Shown one piece after another: positions 25,126-39,400 of a stretch of 64,000 bases of DNA. The notes beneath the pieces are model-generated. The model was not told the origin of the DNA and made no database searches. It worked only from the letters and a program-made list of their open reading frames with translations. This stretch comes from Psammoneis japonica. Lineage: Eukaryota. The DNA lies in the NCBI GenBank assembly GCA_008632985.1, contig QPGO01000055.1, positions 62,001 to 126,000 of the forward strand, written 5' to 3'. Position numbers and translations under genes: made by a program. Within the stretch, counting starts at the first letter, position 1. Every line of letters starts with the position of its first letter.

Positions 25126-25589
25126 CACGCATCGCGCGATGTCACGACGAGCCGCATTGCCGACCCCGCCACTTTTTTGCGTCTCTGCGGAGTTGAGAGT
25201 TGACGAGTGAGTCGAGGAGCCGACGGTTGACATTGAGGAATAGTCCACCCCGAGCTTATTTGCCAAAATGCATGTATAATGGAAATAAAAGTCATTCTTG
25301 TCGCTTTGATTTTCTTTCTAGTTGTGTTGTACTCGGGGATTCAATTAATGGGAAATACCTTTGTATCAGTCGACCGCGCCGCCACAAGCTGCTATGCTGC
25401 AGAATTCGAGGTTGCAAACGGAACCGACAAGTACCGAAAAGCTTGAGAAATGTCACGCTCTAAAAACTGATGCGGTGTTACAGAAAGAGCGGTTGATGAA
25501 TCGCGATGGCTCGCGATTGGATTCCAGGTCGCAATCGCTCACACCGCGCTTCGGTTCCAAGGTCGCTCGGCTTGCCACGGGAGCAGTGT

Positions 25590-27596
25590 AAGGGTGGAGA
25601 AGGATGAATTCATGAAAGCATTTGACTGTGGACTTCCTCTAGAACTGCAAGACCAGCCTGACTCCGCTTAAGTCCTTTTCCTGTACCCCAATGAGAAAAC
25701 ACTCCCATCCGAAAATCAGACAGCTTTTGAATCTGTCTGTGACGACGGAAAAACAACACCTCTCACTTCGGTGAGAGAAGCAACAAGCAACTGCAATGAC
25801 TTGAATATATTTCATGTCAAAAACAAGGAAAGAAAGACATTCTTCGCTGGCGGAGAAATGACGAATCAATGGAGTTTGAACGAGTCGGATTGCGAGGAGA
25901 GAAAGGACGGTTCATGGCAGTCCCTGATGAACAAACGGAAAAATTGCATCGAATCAAAATAAAGGCCTTTCTCGATAATGTAGATGATGCTCTCAAAGAT
26001 CTAAAGCTGATTGTGAACAGGATTGCACCAAATCAGGCTGTTGTTTTGATGGCCTGCAACATGGGATACGCGACAATGCTTGTGAACTTTGTGTGCTCTG
26101 CAAGAGCAAGGGGCACTGACTTGAGCAACCTCTTAGTTTTTGCCACAGACATGGAATCGTTCAACTTGGAGCAACAGTTGGGAATTGCCGCGTTTCATGC
26201 CGAAAAGGTGAGCAATTGAACATTAGACGTGCAGCGCGAGGCTTGGAGAGTTCAAGTCGCTTGCTTCCTTTTCTCTAGGTTCTCTTTAACACGGGATCCG
26301 CGGATGCACCAGGGGAATCTGCAAAATGCGGGATGAAAGGGGAAAGGGGCAAATGTGAATGGTGGAAAAGTGACATGCTATTATTTTACCTTGAGGGACC
26401 CTTTAGTCAGCCAAACACGCTTATTGCCGATTTGACCCTCGTAGGTCCGTCCTTTCGGGGGTCGTTAAATTGTGGAGCAGACGCGGTCTCGAGAAATAAT
26501 TTTATATATTATATATTTGACCATTAATATTATATATATCTGAAAACGACACACATAAAAAACGCGCACGTACGTTTTTCAACTTTATATAACCTTCATA
26601 GCCATATATATTATATAACGATTAATCCTCAAGACGCGTCCCGTCACAACATTTTGACACCCCCCATAAGACGGACCTATGATGGTCAGATGACAAATGT
26701 GCGTGTTCGGCTCACTAAAGGGACCCTCAAGGCACAACAATAGCCCCTTACTTTCCCAACATTCCCGTTTGCCCCTTTCCCCTTTCATCCCGCAATTCCC
26801 GGGTGCACCCGTGGATCCCGTGTTAATTATGAATAAGGTTCTTGGCAAAATGCCTACTGAACTGGCAAAAGGATTCGGTGACAAGACATTCGGACAAATG
26901 ACTTATGCACAATTGGTATCCGTTCTCCTTGTAAACACGCTTGGCTTCGACGTTTTGTTCCAAGATTGCGATGTCATTTGGTACAAGGACCCTCTGGATC
27001 TTTTTTCAAATAACACTAGTGAGTTGCAGGGTTATGATGTTATTTTCATGGATGACGGAAAGGGAGGCTGGGAGTTTGTTCCCTTTCGGGCAAATACTGG
27101 TTTCTTCTACGTGAGGCAAAACGAGAGGACTCGGTATCTCTTTACGGACTTTCTGTTTTCCGGCGATCTTGTCGATACTGTGCAGGTTGACCAAATTGTT
27201 ACGAGTCGCCTTCTAAACCACCACAGCACGATGCATGGCTTATAGGTGAAAACAATGGACTGGCACACATTGCCCGGTGGAAGAAAACATCATCAGGAAC
27301 GGGTTTTCATGAACAGCATTGTCAATGACTCTCAGAATGAAGACTTGGGTGTGGCAGGTCCATGGGCATTTCACATGCACTGGACATAGAATCGGACAGA
27401 TAAGGTTGGCTATATGAGACAATCTGGAATGTGGTATTTAAATGACAAGTGCGTGGACAACGAAGCTCACGAAATTGTAAACGCCATGACGGAGACTGGT
27501 AACAAGGGCTCAATGCGAACGAAGTGCTGCTCTTTGACGCCACTAGTGTCTTGTTAACATCCTGAAAAGCCGAGCGTCAAGTTGTGTAGGAAATAG
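25590..27596 (+). pseudogene. Nucleotide-diphospho-sugar transferase (GT77-like) pseudogene; 5' boundary approximate
   Basis: LVNFVCSA, LVFATD, GFDVLFQDCDVIWYKDP, ANTGFFYVR, DQ, FHMHWT; in-frame stops at 27243, 27387, 27555; intron approx 26208-26837. Confidence 0.75.
26290..26822. mobile_element. Non-autonomous foldback MITE with TTAA flanks (piggyBac-like)
   Basis: TTAA|CACGGGATCC...GGATCCCGTG|TTAA; imperfect inverted arms of about 200+ bp around an AT-rich centre. Confidence 0.85.
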
Positions 27597-28114
27597 TTGA
27601 GGTCTGGTGTCGGCATTCTCTAGCTGGAAGAGACGAGAATAGAAGATTCTTCATCGTCGTACCGCCTCTGAGAATGACTGCGACCTACTTGAGAAACTGT
27701 CTCAGGATCACCGTCTCTCAAGTTGATACGAAAAGCACGAATCAATCAAACTGATTTGACCGAATGGGCGCTATGTAAGTCGCTCCGCAGTCTGACAGTT
27801 GAACTGCCTCATAACAAACAACGGCGACGCAGAGACAGTACATAGAAGATTGTTCTTCCCGTAATGCTGAGATACCCCCCCCCCCCCCCTTGGACAGTTG
27901 AGAGACATGCCATGACTTCAGTTAGATAAGGGATCATTCAACCGTGGAAAGCGCTGATGTTCTTCACGTAGCCGGACTCAGTGTCGAGGCTAGCTGCAAA
28001 AGTTGTTAACGTGAAGACGCCACTGCAAACTTCCTAGTAAATGAGAAGTTACATGAAATTTAATTTCCTATGATTCGAAAAGCGCGCAAAAATGCGTTCT
28101 CAGGTCCTGGCGGT

Positions 28115-29852
28115 TTACCGACTACTTCCACCTTCGCCGTCACTGTCGGTTTCTACACTTTGAACTGCATAATTCTGGCTCAGCTTGCCATTTGCAGCCT
28201 CATATGCCAGCATCTCTTGGTACGCATCATGAATCTCCTCATCACTGGGGATTCCGTAACCTCGTGGATATCGTGGACAATAGCAGATGGTGTTGAACGT
28301 GTATTCTATTGGCGGTTCTGGGCCTCCTCCTGCCGACGCACCGGCTACGCCTCCGGCCGATGCCGTCTTTTCGGCATCACCTGTCGCTGTTACCAAAGCC
28401 GTCTTTTCAGCATCACCTTCTGAAACAGTCTTCGTTTCGGTCTGGATCGAGGTTGCCTCCTTTTCGGTATCACCCGTCGCTGATACCAAAGCCGTCTTTT
28501 CGGCATCCCCTCCTGAAAGAGTCTTCGTTTTGGTCTGGATCGAGGTTGCCTCCTTTTCGGTATCACCCGTCGCTGATACCAGCGCCGTCTTTTCCGCATC
28601 AGCTCCATCAGAATGGGGGACGATCTCGTAACTCATTCCTGATGCCTCTAGTCGTTGAAGCTCGGCAGCTGTAAGCTTGTGGGACTTTATTCCTTCCGTA
28701 GTCTTCACATTGACAAGGTAAAACTCTTCTGCTTTTCGTTCAATGAGACGTCGGGCAGATGCATCATCGAACATCCCTGACTCTAATGTTGCATACCTCT
28801 TGCGCGTTCTCGTACTCAACAAACGCTTACGCAACCTCCTCGCCCTAAGCGAAAACGGGATTTCGTGGGAGAGTGTTGCATCAATAAGGAGACTGTCACA
28901 AGTGTGGCAAAAGTACTTGATCAAAGTATTGTACGAGTCCACGTATCCGTCTTCGATGGCCTGCAACCAAGAACAGAAGATTCGTACGTATTAGTTGAAT
29001 CGATTCGTAAGGCGATGGATCTAAAGTAAGACAATAAGACAATACTGCAACAAACTCACCTTTGTGTCGCTCGGCTGGATAGTTTGGTTAAACTCCAACT
29101 CAACTTCGTCGTCGTCAAAGTGTACCTGGTCACTGCACAGGAACGGCCTGTACTCGATAATGTCATAAGCCTTCTTCACTTTATGGATTCTTCCGTCTAC
29201 AATTGACCCCACAATGTTATTCTGAAACACATCCAAGAACTCTTCGGCTGTTGGTCCTCGGTTTATCTTGCCTCCGCAGTCGCAAGACGTGAACATGTTT
29301 GGGTTGTCATATTGGCCATTGAGATTGCGCGTATGCTGTTGCACGTGGGTTTCGTTCGGGGCAAAGAGTTCGTAGTCGGGGCAGTTGCCATTGCATTTAC
29401 CTTCAATGGAGTATAGGAATGTCTTTCTCGCCCAACGCTGAGAGTTTTCAGCATGCGTGTTACCCTGGCCTTCCTCGGTAATCGTCACATTCATGATCTG
29501 CCTGTTGTGGCTGGCATCACAGTATTCACTCGATTGAAGATTCAACATATCCCAAGCTTTCACGAAATCCCTTCCAAGTTGCTCGAACTCTTGGGTACCA
29601 ATCTAAAGCAGCCACAACAACAGCAAAACGTAAGAGCAAGCCTCCATTTCGCGGTGTTGAAAGTCCCACATCAAGGAGCGAGAAGGCACTTACATTCCCA
29701 AGAGCAGTTCCGTCGTGAATGACCATGACTGCTGCGGAAAACGTGTCAGTTCTGTGGCAACGGGTATCAGGGCCTGAGCCTGATGCATCGACATAGCGGC
29801 AAAGGCTACAAAGCACCAGCTGCAAAGAGAGAAGACAGCGGATGGATTTCAT
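28115..29852 (-). CDS. Secreted hypothetical protein; exons 29852-29694, 29602-29060, 28960-28115
   Basis: Signal-peptide-like MKSIRCLLSLQLVLCSL; GTAAGT..TTTAG and GTGAGT..TGCAG introns join three ORFs in frame. Confidence 0.7.
28359..28600 (-). repeat. Coding tandem repeat, 90 nt / 30 aa, about 2.5 units
   Basis: DAEKTALVSATGDTEKEATSIQT.TKT.S.G repeated. Confidence 0.85.
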
Positions 29853-30999
29853 CGTTGCTTTCCCTTCCACGTTTCTTTGAAATTATGAGACAACGTTATA
29901 TGAAGTGTGGCCCCACGGAGTCATTCACCAAAAATGAGAGTGGTATGAGAAAAGGCATAATATATAAATCTTGGTAGTCCCGTACTATCGATGACTTCTA
30001 TTATTTATGCCCAAATTTCAAGACAGAAGCCTTTTCATGACCAGAACTATTGTACTGTACAGTATCTAATGACTCTTCTATTAAAATCAATTTTAAGCAC
30101 CTCTTTATCTAACCGTAGAAAAAGTGTCTAATTTACGACTACAAATACCACCAACAAACTTTTGTACCGGCGCGGCAGCAGACCCAATGACCTCCATTCT
30201 TCTGAACGGAAACTTGAAATTTATGCACTTGACGATTAAGGTCATCCATTGTCTTCACAATTATGTTGCAATGGCGGATCATTGGCATGTGTTGGACACA
30301 GTGCCCCTGCAAGGGTCATCGAACGCAATTTGTGCCTGTTGATCAAACAGTGTGCTGGGTGTCGAGCTCCAGTGAGCACTCTCCACTGGCCAGAGAGCAG
30401 TCAGAAAAAAAAATGATCAAAATTGAAGGAGTTCATTGTGCCAGCCAAATGTGGCCCTCGACTGGCACCGCACTCTGCATGGAAAATGCTCTCTGTGCAC
30501 CTGCTTTTTCATTGTTTGGAGCTTGCACCTGCAATCTGCTTCAACTCAACTGACGTCCAAACACATGCCCCATTTCTCCAGACACCAGACATTTGATTTT
30601 TGCAAAGAGCACTGCAAAATGGTGTCCTCTCGTCCACTCCATCCACCAGCCCCCTTTCTTGTGTGCACCTTGCTGGCATCTCTGGTGTGCTGTGGTCAAG
30701 AAGACAAAGCAATCTGGAGCTGGCCATTGGCACAAGTCAGGAGCTGGTGACAGCCAAAACAAAAGCTGTTGCCGCGATGGTTTCTCCTTTTCAAGACAGC
30801 CTGCCCCTCCAAAGTTGATGCTGAAGGTGTGACAGCCACTTCCTTCAACCTCGCCTTGGACAGCGCCACTGCCACTTCTTCTGTTTTTCCTGCTGAGCAA
30901 ACTCCTGTTGACCAAACTCCTGTCTGCACCCACCATCCTCTGCAGAGCCCTTTGCTTTTGATCCTCAAGCCTTTGACAAAACCCACAAAGATCCTCAAC

Positions 31000-33240
31000 A
31001 AATGCTGCATCGTGCAGCAATCAAAACAAAAGATGCTGCCATCTTAATTTGCGCCAAAGCTCTGGAGCAACAAGCCTGTGCCTTGCTTTGTGCAGCGCAA
31101 TTTCCCAATTTGGCTCACTTTGTTGAGGCTTGTTGTGATTTGATGTTGCCAAAAATGAAGGCAGCTGCTTTGCAAATGACCAAGCAGCCAGGCAAAATGT
31201 GGAGATGTGCCCATGACAACAAATCCTTTGTCCATTTGGCAGCAATTGGAGTCTCCAGTTCTCCAGACAAATCTGCTGACAAGCCCAAATTGTCTTCCAA
31301 GGACTGTGCCAATGCACTGAATCTACAAGCTGTTTGTGAAGCAGAGAAAGTTTGCCAGAGCAGCCTTGATTGAGAACAAAGAAGAAGTCATGTGGTCTTC
31401 AGCACAACCCCATCAGCATCCTCACAAACTTTTCCCTGAGATCTGCAAAGCCTTTGCATGTTGGTTGGGAAATCCCCCCAACACAGTGCAACAGCCGCCC
31501 AACTCAAGAGATGTGGCTCTTGTCAAAGTTGAAGATGGAAACAAAAAACATCTGAACAAATGGTTGCACAACATGTCTGTGCATCAGCTCCACAATGACA
31601 TGTTGGAGCCTGTGGGTTCTGGTGGATTTGAATTTGCCTGTGATGCCAATGGCAAGACCCTCATCAGCAACAGCATGTTTTGCTTTTTGACTCCTGAGCA
31701 ATGTTGAAAAGTGATTGCCAGTCAATGCAGCATGTGTCAATGCAATGATTGCATGAACACACACTTTCTGCAAGAGATTCTGAGCAGGTTTTGAAGAAGG
31801 CTTTTAAACAAGATGTAGGTGCAGCAAAAACAACTGAAGGTTGTGAATGACAACCCTGAAATCTCTGAGAACTGTGACAGTGACATCAGCAATTTGGAGA
31901 ATTGAGTTGGCCATTGTAAAGAAGAAGCACTTGGCTCCAATTCCAGTCTCCTCAACTGCAAAGCTCAAGACACAGTTGCATCTGTTGTTTGTGGCAGTGC
32001 AAATGGTCAGGATCACCCTCATTGGAAATGCATGTTGGGTGAATGTGTGAAATGCCCATCCCATCCAACTCCATTGCTGGAACAGAATGAAGGCCCCAAC
32101 GTGCCCCACATTTTGTTTCAATGGCACTTGACTGCAAGGTGTTGTTCCAAGCATGGTGTGTTCATGGAAGCATGTCCTGTTTGTGAGGCAGATCCAGGTG
32201 GGAATGAGGGCAAAAAGGTCAAACAAAAAACCTTGTTCACAAGTTTCTGCAAACCTGTCTGGGTCTTTGTGAAGAGCGCTGCACTCCAAGTTGAAAGAAG
32301 CTGCACTGCCATCTTCCCCACATGACCATTCTTGGGGAAAAAAGTTGCACGGAAATGTGTTGCAAGGAGTTTGAGTCAATGCCCAACATCATCTTTGCAT
32401 CTGCTGGCTGATTGGAGAATCTTCAATCCAAGCTCAACCACCAAATTTGTGGGGATCATTGTGGCAACAACCCATCCATGTCCATTGAAGGCAGAGTTTG
32501 TGATGTGATGATTGACAACAAGGCTGAGAAAACACATCATGCGCACCTCTCTGATTCTTTCAAGCAAGATGCCACCACAACCAACACTCACATTTGGAGA
32601 CGTTCATCATGTGGTTGAAGAACCATGGACTCTTTCAGGCACGGCTCATGATTTGGGATCACACAGATGGTTGTGCCAAACAGCGTCAATGCACTTTGGC
32701 ACTGTGCTTGCTGTCTGTGTTTTCCCAAAAATGCAAAGTTGACTTTGACCATGTGGCCAGAGCACCTGGACATGGCAAAGACAAGGTTGATGGAGCCGGA
32801 GCCTGCACTGAGTCACTTGCATGTCAAGAAATGCAGCCTGCCACTGTCACAGGAGTGGGCAATGAAAACAACAAAATCAGAGCTGATGCTTTGGTTGCAG
32901 ATGACAACAATGTTGTGTCGGAGCACAGCTGCTCATGGGGAATGTTTGAAAATCTCTTTTGAGGATGGAGAGTGCTTTTGGCACAGTTGGTGACAGGAAA
33001 CATGCCTTGAGAGAATCCCTTTGAAAGTTGAAAGAAAGGGAGAATTGTCCAGATGATCCAGACAAAGTTCTTGGTTCTCTCATTGAAGTCAAGTTGCAAG
33101 GGTTGGTGCAACTGCATGGTCGCCATTGTGGCATTGGTGCTGTGCACCATTTTTTGTTTGAACTCTTTTTCCTTTGGGTTGGGTTGCCATGCAATGCATT
33201 CCTTGTGCTTGTGATTGCTGCCTGGATCAAAAACAAAACC
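31000..33240 (+). mobile_element. Degenerate DNA transposase, Sola-like; boundaries approximate
   Basis: HLSDSFKQDA, WDHTDGCAKQ, APGHGKDKVDGAG and IPCACDCC motifs in order across frames. Confidence 0.55.
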
Positions 33241-33429
33241 CAAAATCTAATTTAAGTGCTGCTGTGCTTCCACCCTGCAACTCTGGCAACAAGCTGACCC
33301 ACACTCCCAGTGCACTGGGTGCAGCAGGAGCATGTGACAACTGGCCTGAATCGGCATCACCCAAGGGTGATGCCATGCCAAAGCAACTTGCAATGGTGCG
33401 TGTGCCTCACACTGCCAGATGCCAGGCTT

Positions 33430-36400
33430 CATGGACAATTTGCTTGAACATTGGCCTGATCATGGGGCCAACCAATTGCACAATCTGTGGGTCGAATGGG
33501 TGAGATGCTGGCCCTCATTGACTGAATCAAGCAACTCAGATCAATCATGAGCCAAATGATTGTCTGCCTTGGAACAGATGGCTCTTGCTTTTGCCTCAGC
33601 GTCTCTGCCCTGTGAGGATTTTCTTGTTTTGGAATCATGCCCATGCACTGCGTTGTTGCTGTCCCAAAGTTCCTGCCATTGAGACCACACAAAACTGCCT
33701 GTCGTGGCAGCCCAATCCAGCCACCTTTCCTCATCCAACAAGGAGTGATGCAGACCAGCAGACAACAGGTGCAATGTTTGAGTGTCATTCCACAGCAAAG
33801 AGAAATGCCCGCTGAAAATGTGTCTCCAACCAATTTCATCCTGAGATTGGAACACCGCCACAACACTGTGATGGACATTCTCAGAATGAAGCAACTCTTC
33901 ATGAAACCATCCCTCAAGAGCACACAGCAACAGATCCCAGAGTGACAGAGATGTGTTCATGTTGTTGCACTTCTTCCGCAAGCCTTGGAGAAAGGTGTGC
34001 CGCCAAGGCCAATTGTGGTTGCACCTCAAAATGTGGTCTCCATCTTCGAGCAGATGTTGGCAGTGCATGCAGCAGTCAGGACATGCTGGGTTGCAGTGGT
34101 GGACAATCTTGTTGGTCAGTGACAAACAAAGCTTGTGCAAGTTTCACTGTGCTCACCTTGTGCCAGATGTTTCTGGACATCAGTTTGGAGTGAACTCGCC
34201 AGTCCATTGAAGAGTGCACCTTGTCAGACCATCTGTGCTTTTCCTTCACACAAGTCATCAGGGTTGGGCTGGAGGCTTTGCAGCAAAGAACCAACTTGAA
34301 TTTAGAAGTCACCAACAAATCTTGGACAGTCAACACTGCAGAACAGCGAGGCATGCGAGGCACGAGCAAGGTGTCCCCAATGCATCAACCTTGAAATGTG
34401 TTTGCCAGCCGGTCAGCATGGACGTTCAGTTGTGCTGGAAGGGGCAGAGCCTGCTGCATGTCAACCAAGATGCCAGCTTGTTCTGCGGTGGAATGACCTG
34501 TGAAAATTTGTGATGCTGAGAAGATTTTGTGCAACACATCCCAGTCGGGAGACAACGCACCTGCAATGTGATGCCAACAATGACAGTCATTGCTCCGATC
34601 AAATTCTTCCTCATCCATGGGAGGCAGTGGCAGGGAGTGGAAATTCTTCACATTTTGAACCAGCAAGGAATTGTCACAGCAACAGGCATCCACCCCTTGG
34701 GTCAGGATGCACTCGCAAAATTCCATTGCTCGAACAATGAAATGCAAAATGGACAAAAAGCCACATGCTTCAGCATGACAGGACAATGGTTGAAAGCCAA
34801 AGACCAGTCTGGCACAATCAACTGAGGCAACTCCATGAACCACTGGCATCCAGCTGAAGGTGCCTTGAAAATGCAACACACCAAACCATTGCCACCCACG
34901 GCAGCACAAAAGTTTGCCAAGGAGTCCACAATTTCAAAGACAGAAATGTGGAGGGTGAGATTGCAGAACAGAGTGGATTCCCATTTGGGCAAAGATTTCA
35001 GCCAAGCCTCAAAGTGACCACAGATGGGAATGGTTGGAGGGGCTGCCACTGGTGACATCAATGAGCGGAGACTCCATCGCCCATCCTGGGTGGTGTCAAC
35101 TGGCATGGGGGATGCCAAAGGAGAGAGATCTGGGGCCATCTCCAACAGGTGCATTGACTCAGCACATCCATCCTTGATGGGAAAAACTTCAAACCCAGCT
35201 GCAGATTGGATGTGCAGATGTTCTTCCGAAGGGTTGCAGTGTGCCAAGTGCAGCATTCACATTGCAGGTGCAGGGACAACCCACTGTCAGAGAAAATTTC
35301 CAAATCTGGTGTGACGTCCATGACATGCTGATTGTTGTCTTGTTGTGTTGGAAGGACACCGGTGCAGTCAAGCTCAAAAGACAAAATGACTCTGGCAAGA
35401 AATGCTTGCATCTGCATGAACCACTTTGACTCAGAGTGAGGGAGTTTGGAGTGAACATCTGACAGAAAACTGATGCCGGCGCCAATCTGAAATGGTGTCC
35501 AAGCAACTGCAACATGGGGCAAGTCATGAGGTTGTCCTGTGCCACGCCAACGACAAAGGAACTGCAAACATTGAGCTGTCCCTTGTTCAACATCAAGCAA
35601 CCGGAATCCTCCACCACGCAAGGTGTGCGGTCCGTAAAGTGCATCCCGTTTGGTGTTGCGGTTGTAGCCACACTTGGCAAACATTGCACACATCGCCTTT
35701 CATTGAATCTCCAGCAACTCTTTTGGGGAAAATGTGCATTTGGAAGGATGTGCATCATCAAAGACAAGCAACATGCAAAACAATGGGTCCATGCTTTGTG
35801 TCTGTCTAAAGGGCACGACCGCAGAAAGACAGAAATGTTGTCACTCTTCTTCTCTTCAGTGCCTTGTGCTGAGTCTTCTGAGTTCCCACAGGTGACTTGA
35901 AATGGCCCAGTGTTTTGTGAGCTGAGCATGCGCAGAGTTGAGTGCTGGAGCACTTGGTGGATTGATCGGCAAAGTGCACCTCAATGTTGATGTCATCATT
36001 GCATGCTCACAAATGTGGCTCACCGTTGGCAGCAAAGAGTCACTCTGTGGCATGGAAAGAGCACTTGGGAAGCTCCAATTTGTGCCCAGCTGCATTGAGG
36101 AAATCACACCAAAGATGATTGTCTTCTTGCATTCAAAGCACTGGTTCAAGTGCCTCTGGTTGAGGGTTTGCACAGAAATTGTTTGCTTGGTTGGAGGTGT
36201 TGTCGACACACCCCACTCTGGCAAACATGCGCAAGGAGAGGGAGTGGTCAGGAGATTCGAAATGTGCACCATGAGCCTCACTGTCAAGTGACCAAAACAG
36301 GCTCTGTTGCAAATCTGATTCCAACAAAAGGGCAAATTCCCACTGCCTTGTCCCGTGCCACATGTGGAAAACTCATCAGAATGAGAACACGATGAGGAGA

Positions 36401-39400
36401 GACCAAGAACTGTCTTCAACCAATGTCAAGCACCGTGTGGTGCAGCATTTGCCATCTGAGTGACAACCTTGGGCATTCTGTTGCTGTGGCTCTCTGGTGC
36501 TGTCAAGGCCAGGATGTTCCTGTCATGACACGTGGTGCAATCACCATCACTGTGGATGGCAGTCTTGCAGGACACTCTGCTGATCTCCAGCATTGGCTCT
36601 TCAAGATGCACAGGAGCGTGGGCATTCAGAAAGGGATGTGTGCCATAAATCCCAGGATTGTGCAAGTGGCGGTGTTCCACATTCTGTGCCAAAGCTCTCC
36701 ATTTCACACTTGACATGAGTTGAAAGTCTCTGCTTCATAAATGTGAACAACTTGACGACAATGAATCTTGTTGTTGCCTGGCTCCTTGAAGATCACAACA
36801 TCAACAATGTCTCTCCAACAGCAACAAGAGCTTCCCCACTTTAGGGCATGATCAAGCAAGTTCAAATGGGTGCAGATCAATGTTTGTTGCACTTTGTTCA
36901 GATGTGAACACTTGGGAGTTGGGTCACCTGCTGGAGATGTAGATTCAGAATGTGAGTGGGATGTGCACATTGCCTTCCAATGATCCAAGTGAAGGCCCAA
37001 GCAAATGGAAGTGGTCATTGCATCTTTTCCACGACTTGAGTTTGCCTTGGAGATTGGATTCTGTCAATGGCTTGGAGACTGAAACTGGAGATTGCCGTTG
37101 CAGGTGTTGGACAAAAAAAGAGGTGGCTCTGTCAAGGGATGTGGTGTCACACTCACCATCCAGGACAATGTCAGCCATCATGGTGTCACCTTTGCATCCC
37201 AAGTCCACAGACAGTGGGGGGGGGCGTGGGAGGAGTGCCATGAGCTTGTCCAAAATGTCTCTGATTGCAAGAGCAAAGAGCTGCAGTGACATCTTCTGGA
37301 GCATTGATTGCAATCCAGCCCTTGCATTCTTTTGGGTTTGCAGCCAGATTGCATGGCACTTGGACATGGCTGATGCTGGTGTCCCATTGTGCTTTGCATG
37401 CATTGACCTTCCAAAACAGCTCAGCTGTTTCTTCTGCCTTTTGCATGTTTCTGATGATGGTGGCTGATTTGCGGGTAGCCGCCGTTCCTTCAAGGTCCAA
37501 TTTGGCAATCTTCTTTGCCAATTTGTGTTCACAATGTTCCACACTTTCCTTTGCCACTGTCTTGCATTTGACTTGAGCCTGTTGCAGAGCTGCTTGACAT
37601 TCTTTGAAGGTTGTCAAAATGGAAAAGGAGCCTGTGAGCTTTGAGCAAATCTGTTGCATCTGGGCAATGCAGTCAAGACGGGCCCGTGTCATGGACAGAA
37701 TGCAAGCAAAGATGTGAACCCGGCAGCGAAGGTCCACCAACTTAACCAACCAATCTGGTTTGTGATGAGAGCGGCACCTTTTTGCAGCAGCCAAGGAAAA
37801 TTGTAAAAGATCCCTGTCCAAACGTTTGGCCAACTCATGATCAATTTCATTGGACTCAAGGAGTTGGATGGATTGTTCCAAAACAGAGTGGCTTGCAAGC
37901 ATGGGGCCAATGGCGGTCAAGTGTGAGGTGACTTGAGGTTTGGACAAAGCTTGAATGTCACAAAAGGCAGCCTCAGGGCGATCAACTGTTGGGTTCCCAA
38001 ATGAGGCCATTGTGTCAAAATCAACGCAACATCATGCTCAATGGTCAGAAGCAACACGGCAGCCAAATGCTTCACAACCACCTGACCAAGCAGCCTGCAA
38101 GGCTCCAGGAGAGAGGCAAGAAAGCAATCCAACCGTTTGGATCCTTGGGCACATGTGGTGAAATCAGACTCACCCACAGTGTCAAAGAGCACATCAGATG
38201 AGTCAAGCCATTGAGCCAAGGCATGCAAGGAATCAGCATCCACTGAAAAGTCTGCACTCAAGTCACCAAATGACACCACCTCACAATGTGGCTCAGCCAA
38301 GAAGTCTTGAAGAACACTTGACAGGTCTGTGCAAAATGCTTTGCATGGATCCAATGCTTTGCATCCCTGTTGTTGCAACAGATGAAGTTGTTGCACATGG
38401 GCCATGGTTTTTTCCAGTTGGTGTTGATTTTTGACACAAACTCTGTGGCTGGAAATGAACATCACTTGCCGTCGTTGCGGCCGTCAAAAACTTGGATGGA
38501 CCATCATCCCAGTGGATCAGATCCCTGAGACCAATGCCGGGCCAAAATCAAGTTGCATGACATGATGGCAGTGCCACCTGGCTCACATTGAGTTGAAAAG
38601 GGGGCAGAGCTGCTGGAAAACATTCCTTCACCATGCAAAAGAGACTTGGATGCAGCAGACCTGCACACGGATGACATGTCAACCTGGGCAGTGTCCAAAC
38701 ACACTTCAGAAATGCCAACAATGTCCGCTTGGATTTTGTTGGTGATCTGACATGCCACCTCAATGTCTCCACCCCACTTGTTGAACTTGCACCCATTGGC
38801 ATTGAAAGCACAGAGGCAAGTGTGATGTGGAAAATTTGGTTGCAACTCATTCCCAATGGAGTCATTTGCCTTGAGACAAGAAAATCAATTCTGCACTCTG
38901 CCAGAGGAGTGCACCGTCTGCTGTCTAGAAGATGTTGCCATGCAGAAGTGGAAGCAGCTGATGAAGGCACACCACTCATGGTTGGACCGTGCGCTCCTCT
39001 GAACAGAAGACTGGGGCTTGTGGCAATTCAAGGGATCCGATGCATCATGAAAGGAGAATTTTTGGCACCAGGAAGCATGACAAAACACGTGGGTGAGCAT
39101 GAGAGACTCGCTGTGTTGCAAAGGGATGTCAGGGAGGTGCCCAGTCATCTGAGGGGGTGGAGGTGGTGAAGTCCAACCCTACGTTGACAATCCTGCTCTT
39201 TGTCTCTGTGGTTGGTTGACTGCTCCAGAGCTTCCATGTCATTGGGACATTTCCCAGCTGTGCTCAGTGAAGGTTGACTGGCTTGAAGCAACTGAACAAT
39301 CTGGCTCATCTGCTCTTGCATGCCCATCATCTGCTTGGAGTGTTGAGCCTGCAATGCTGCAATGTCCTGCTTGTGTTGTTTGTTGAATGTGTTGTTCAGT

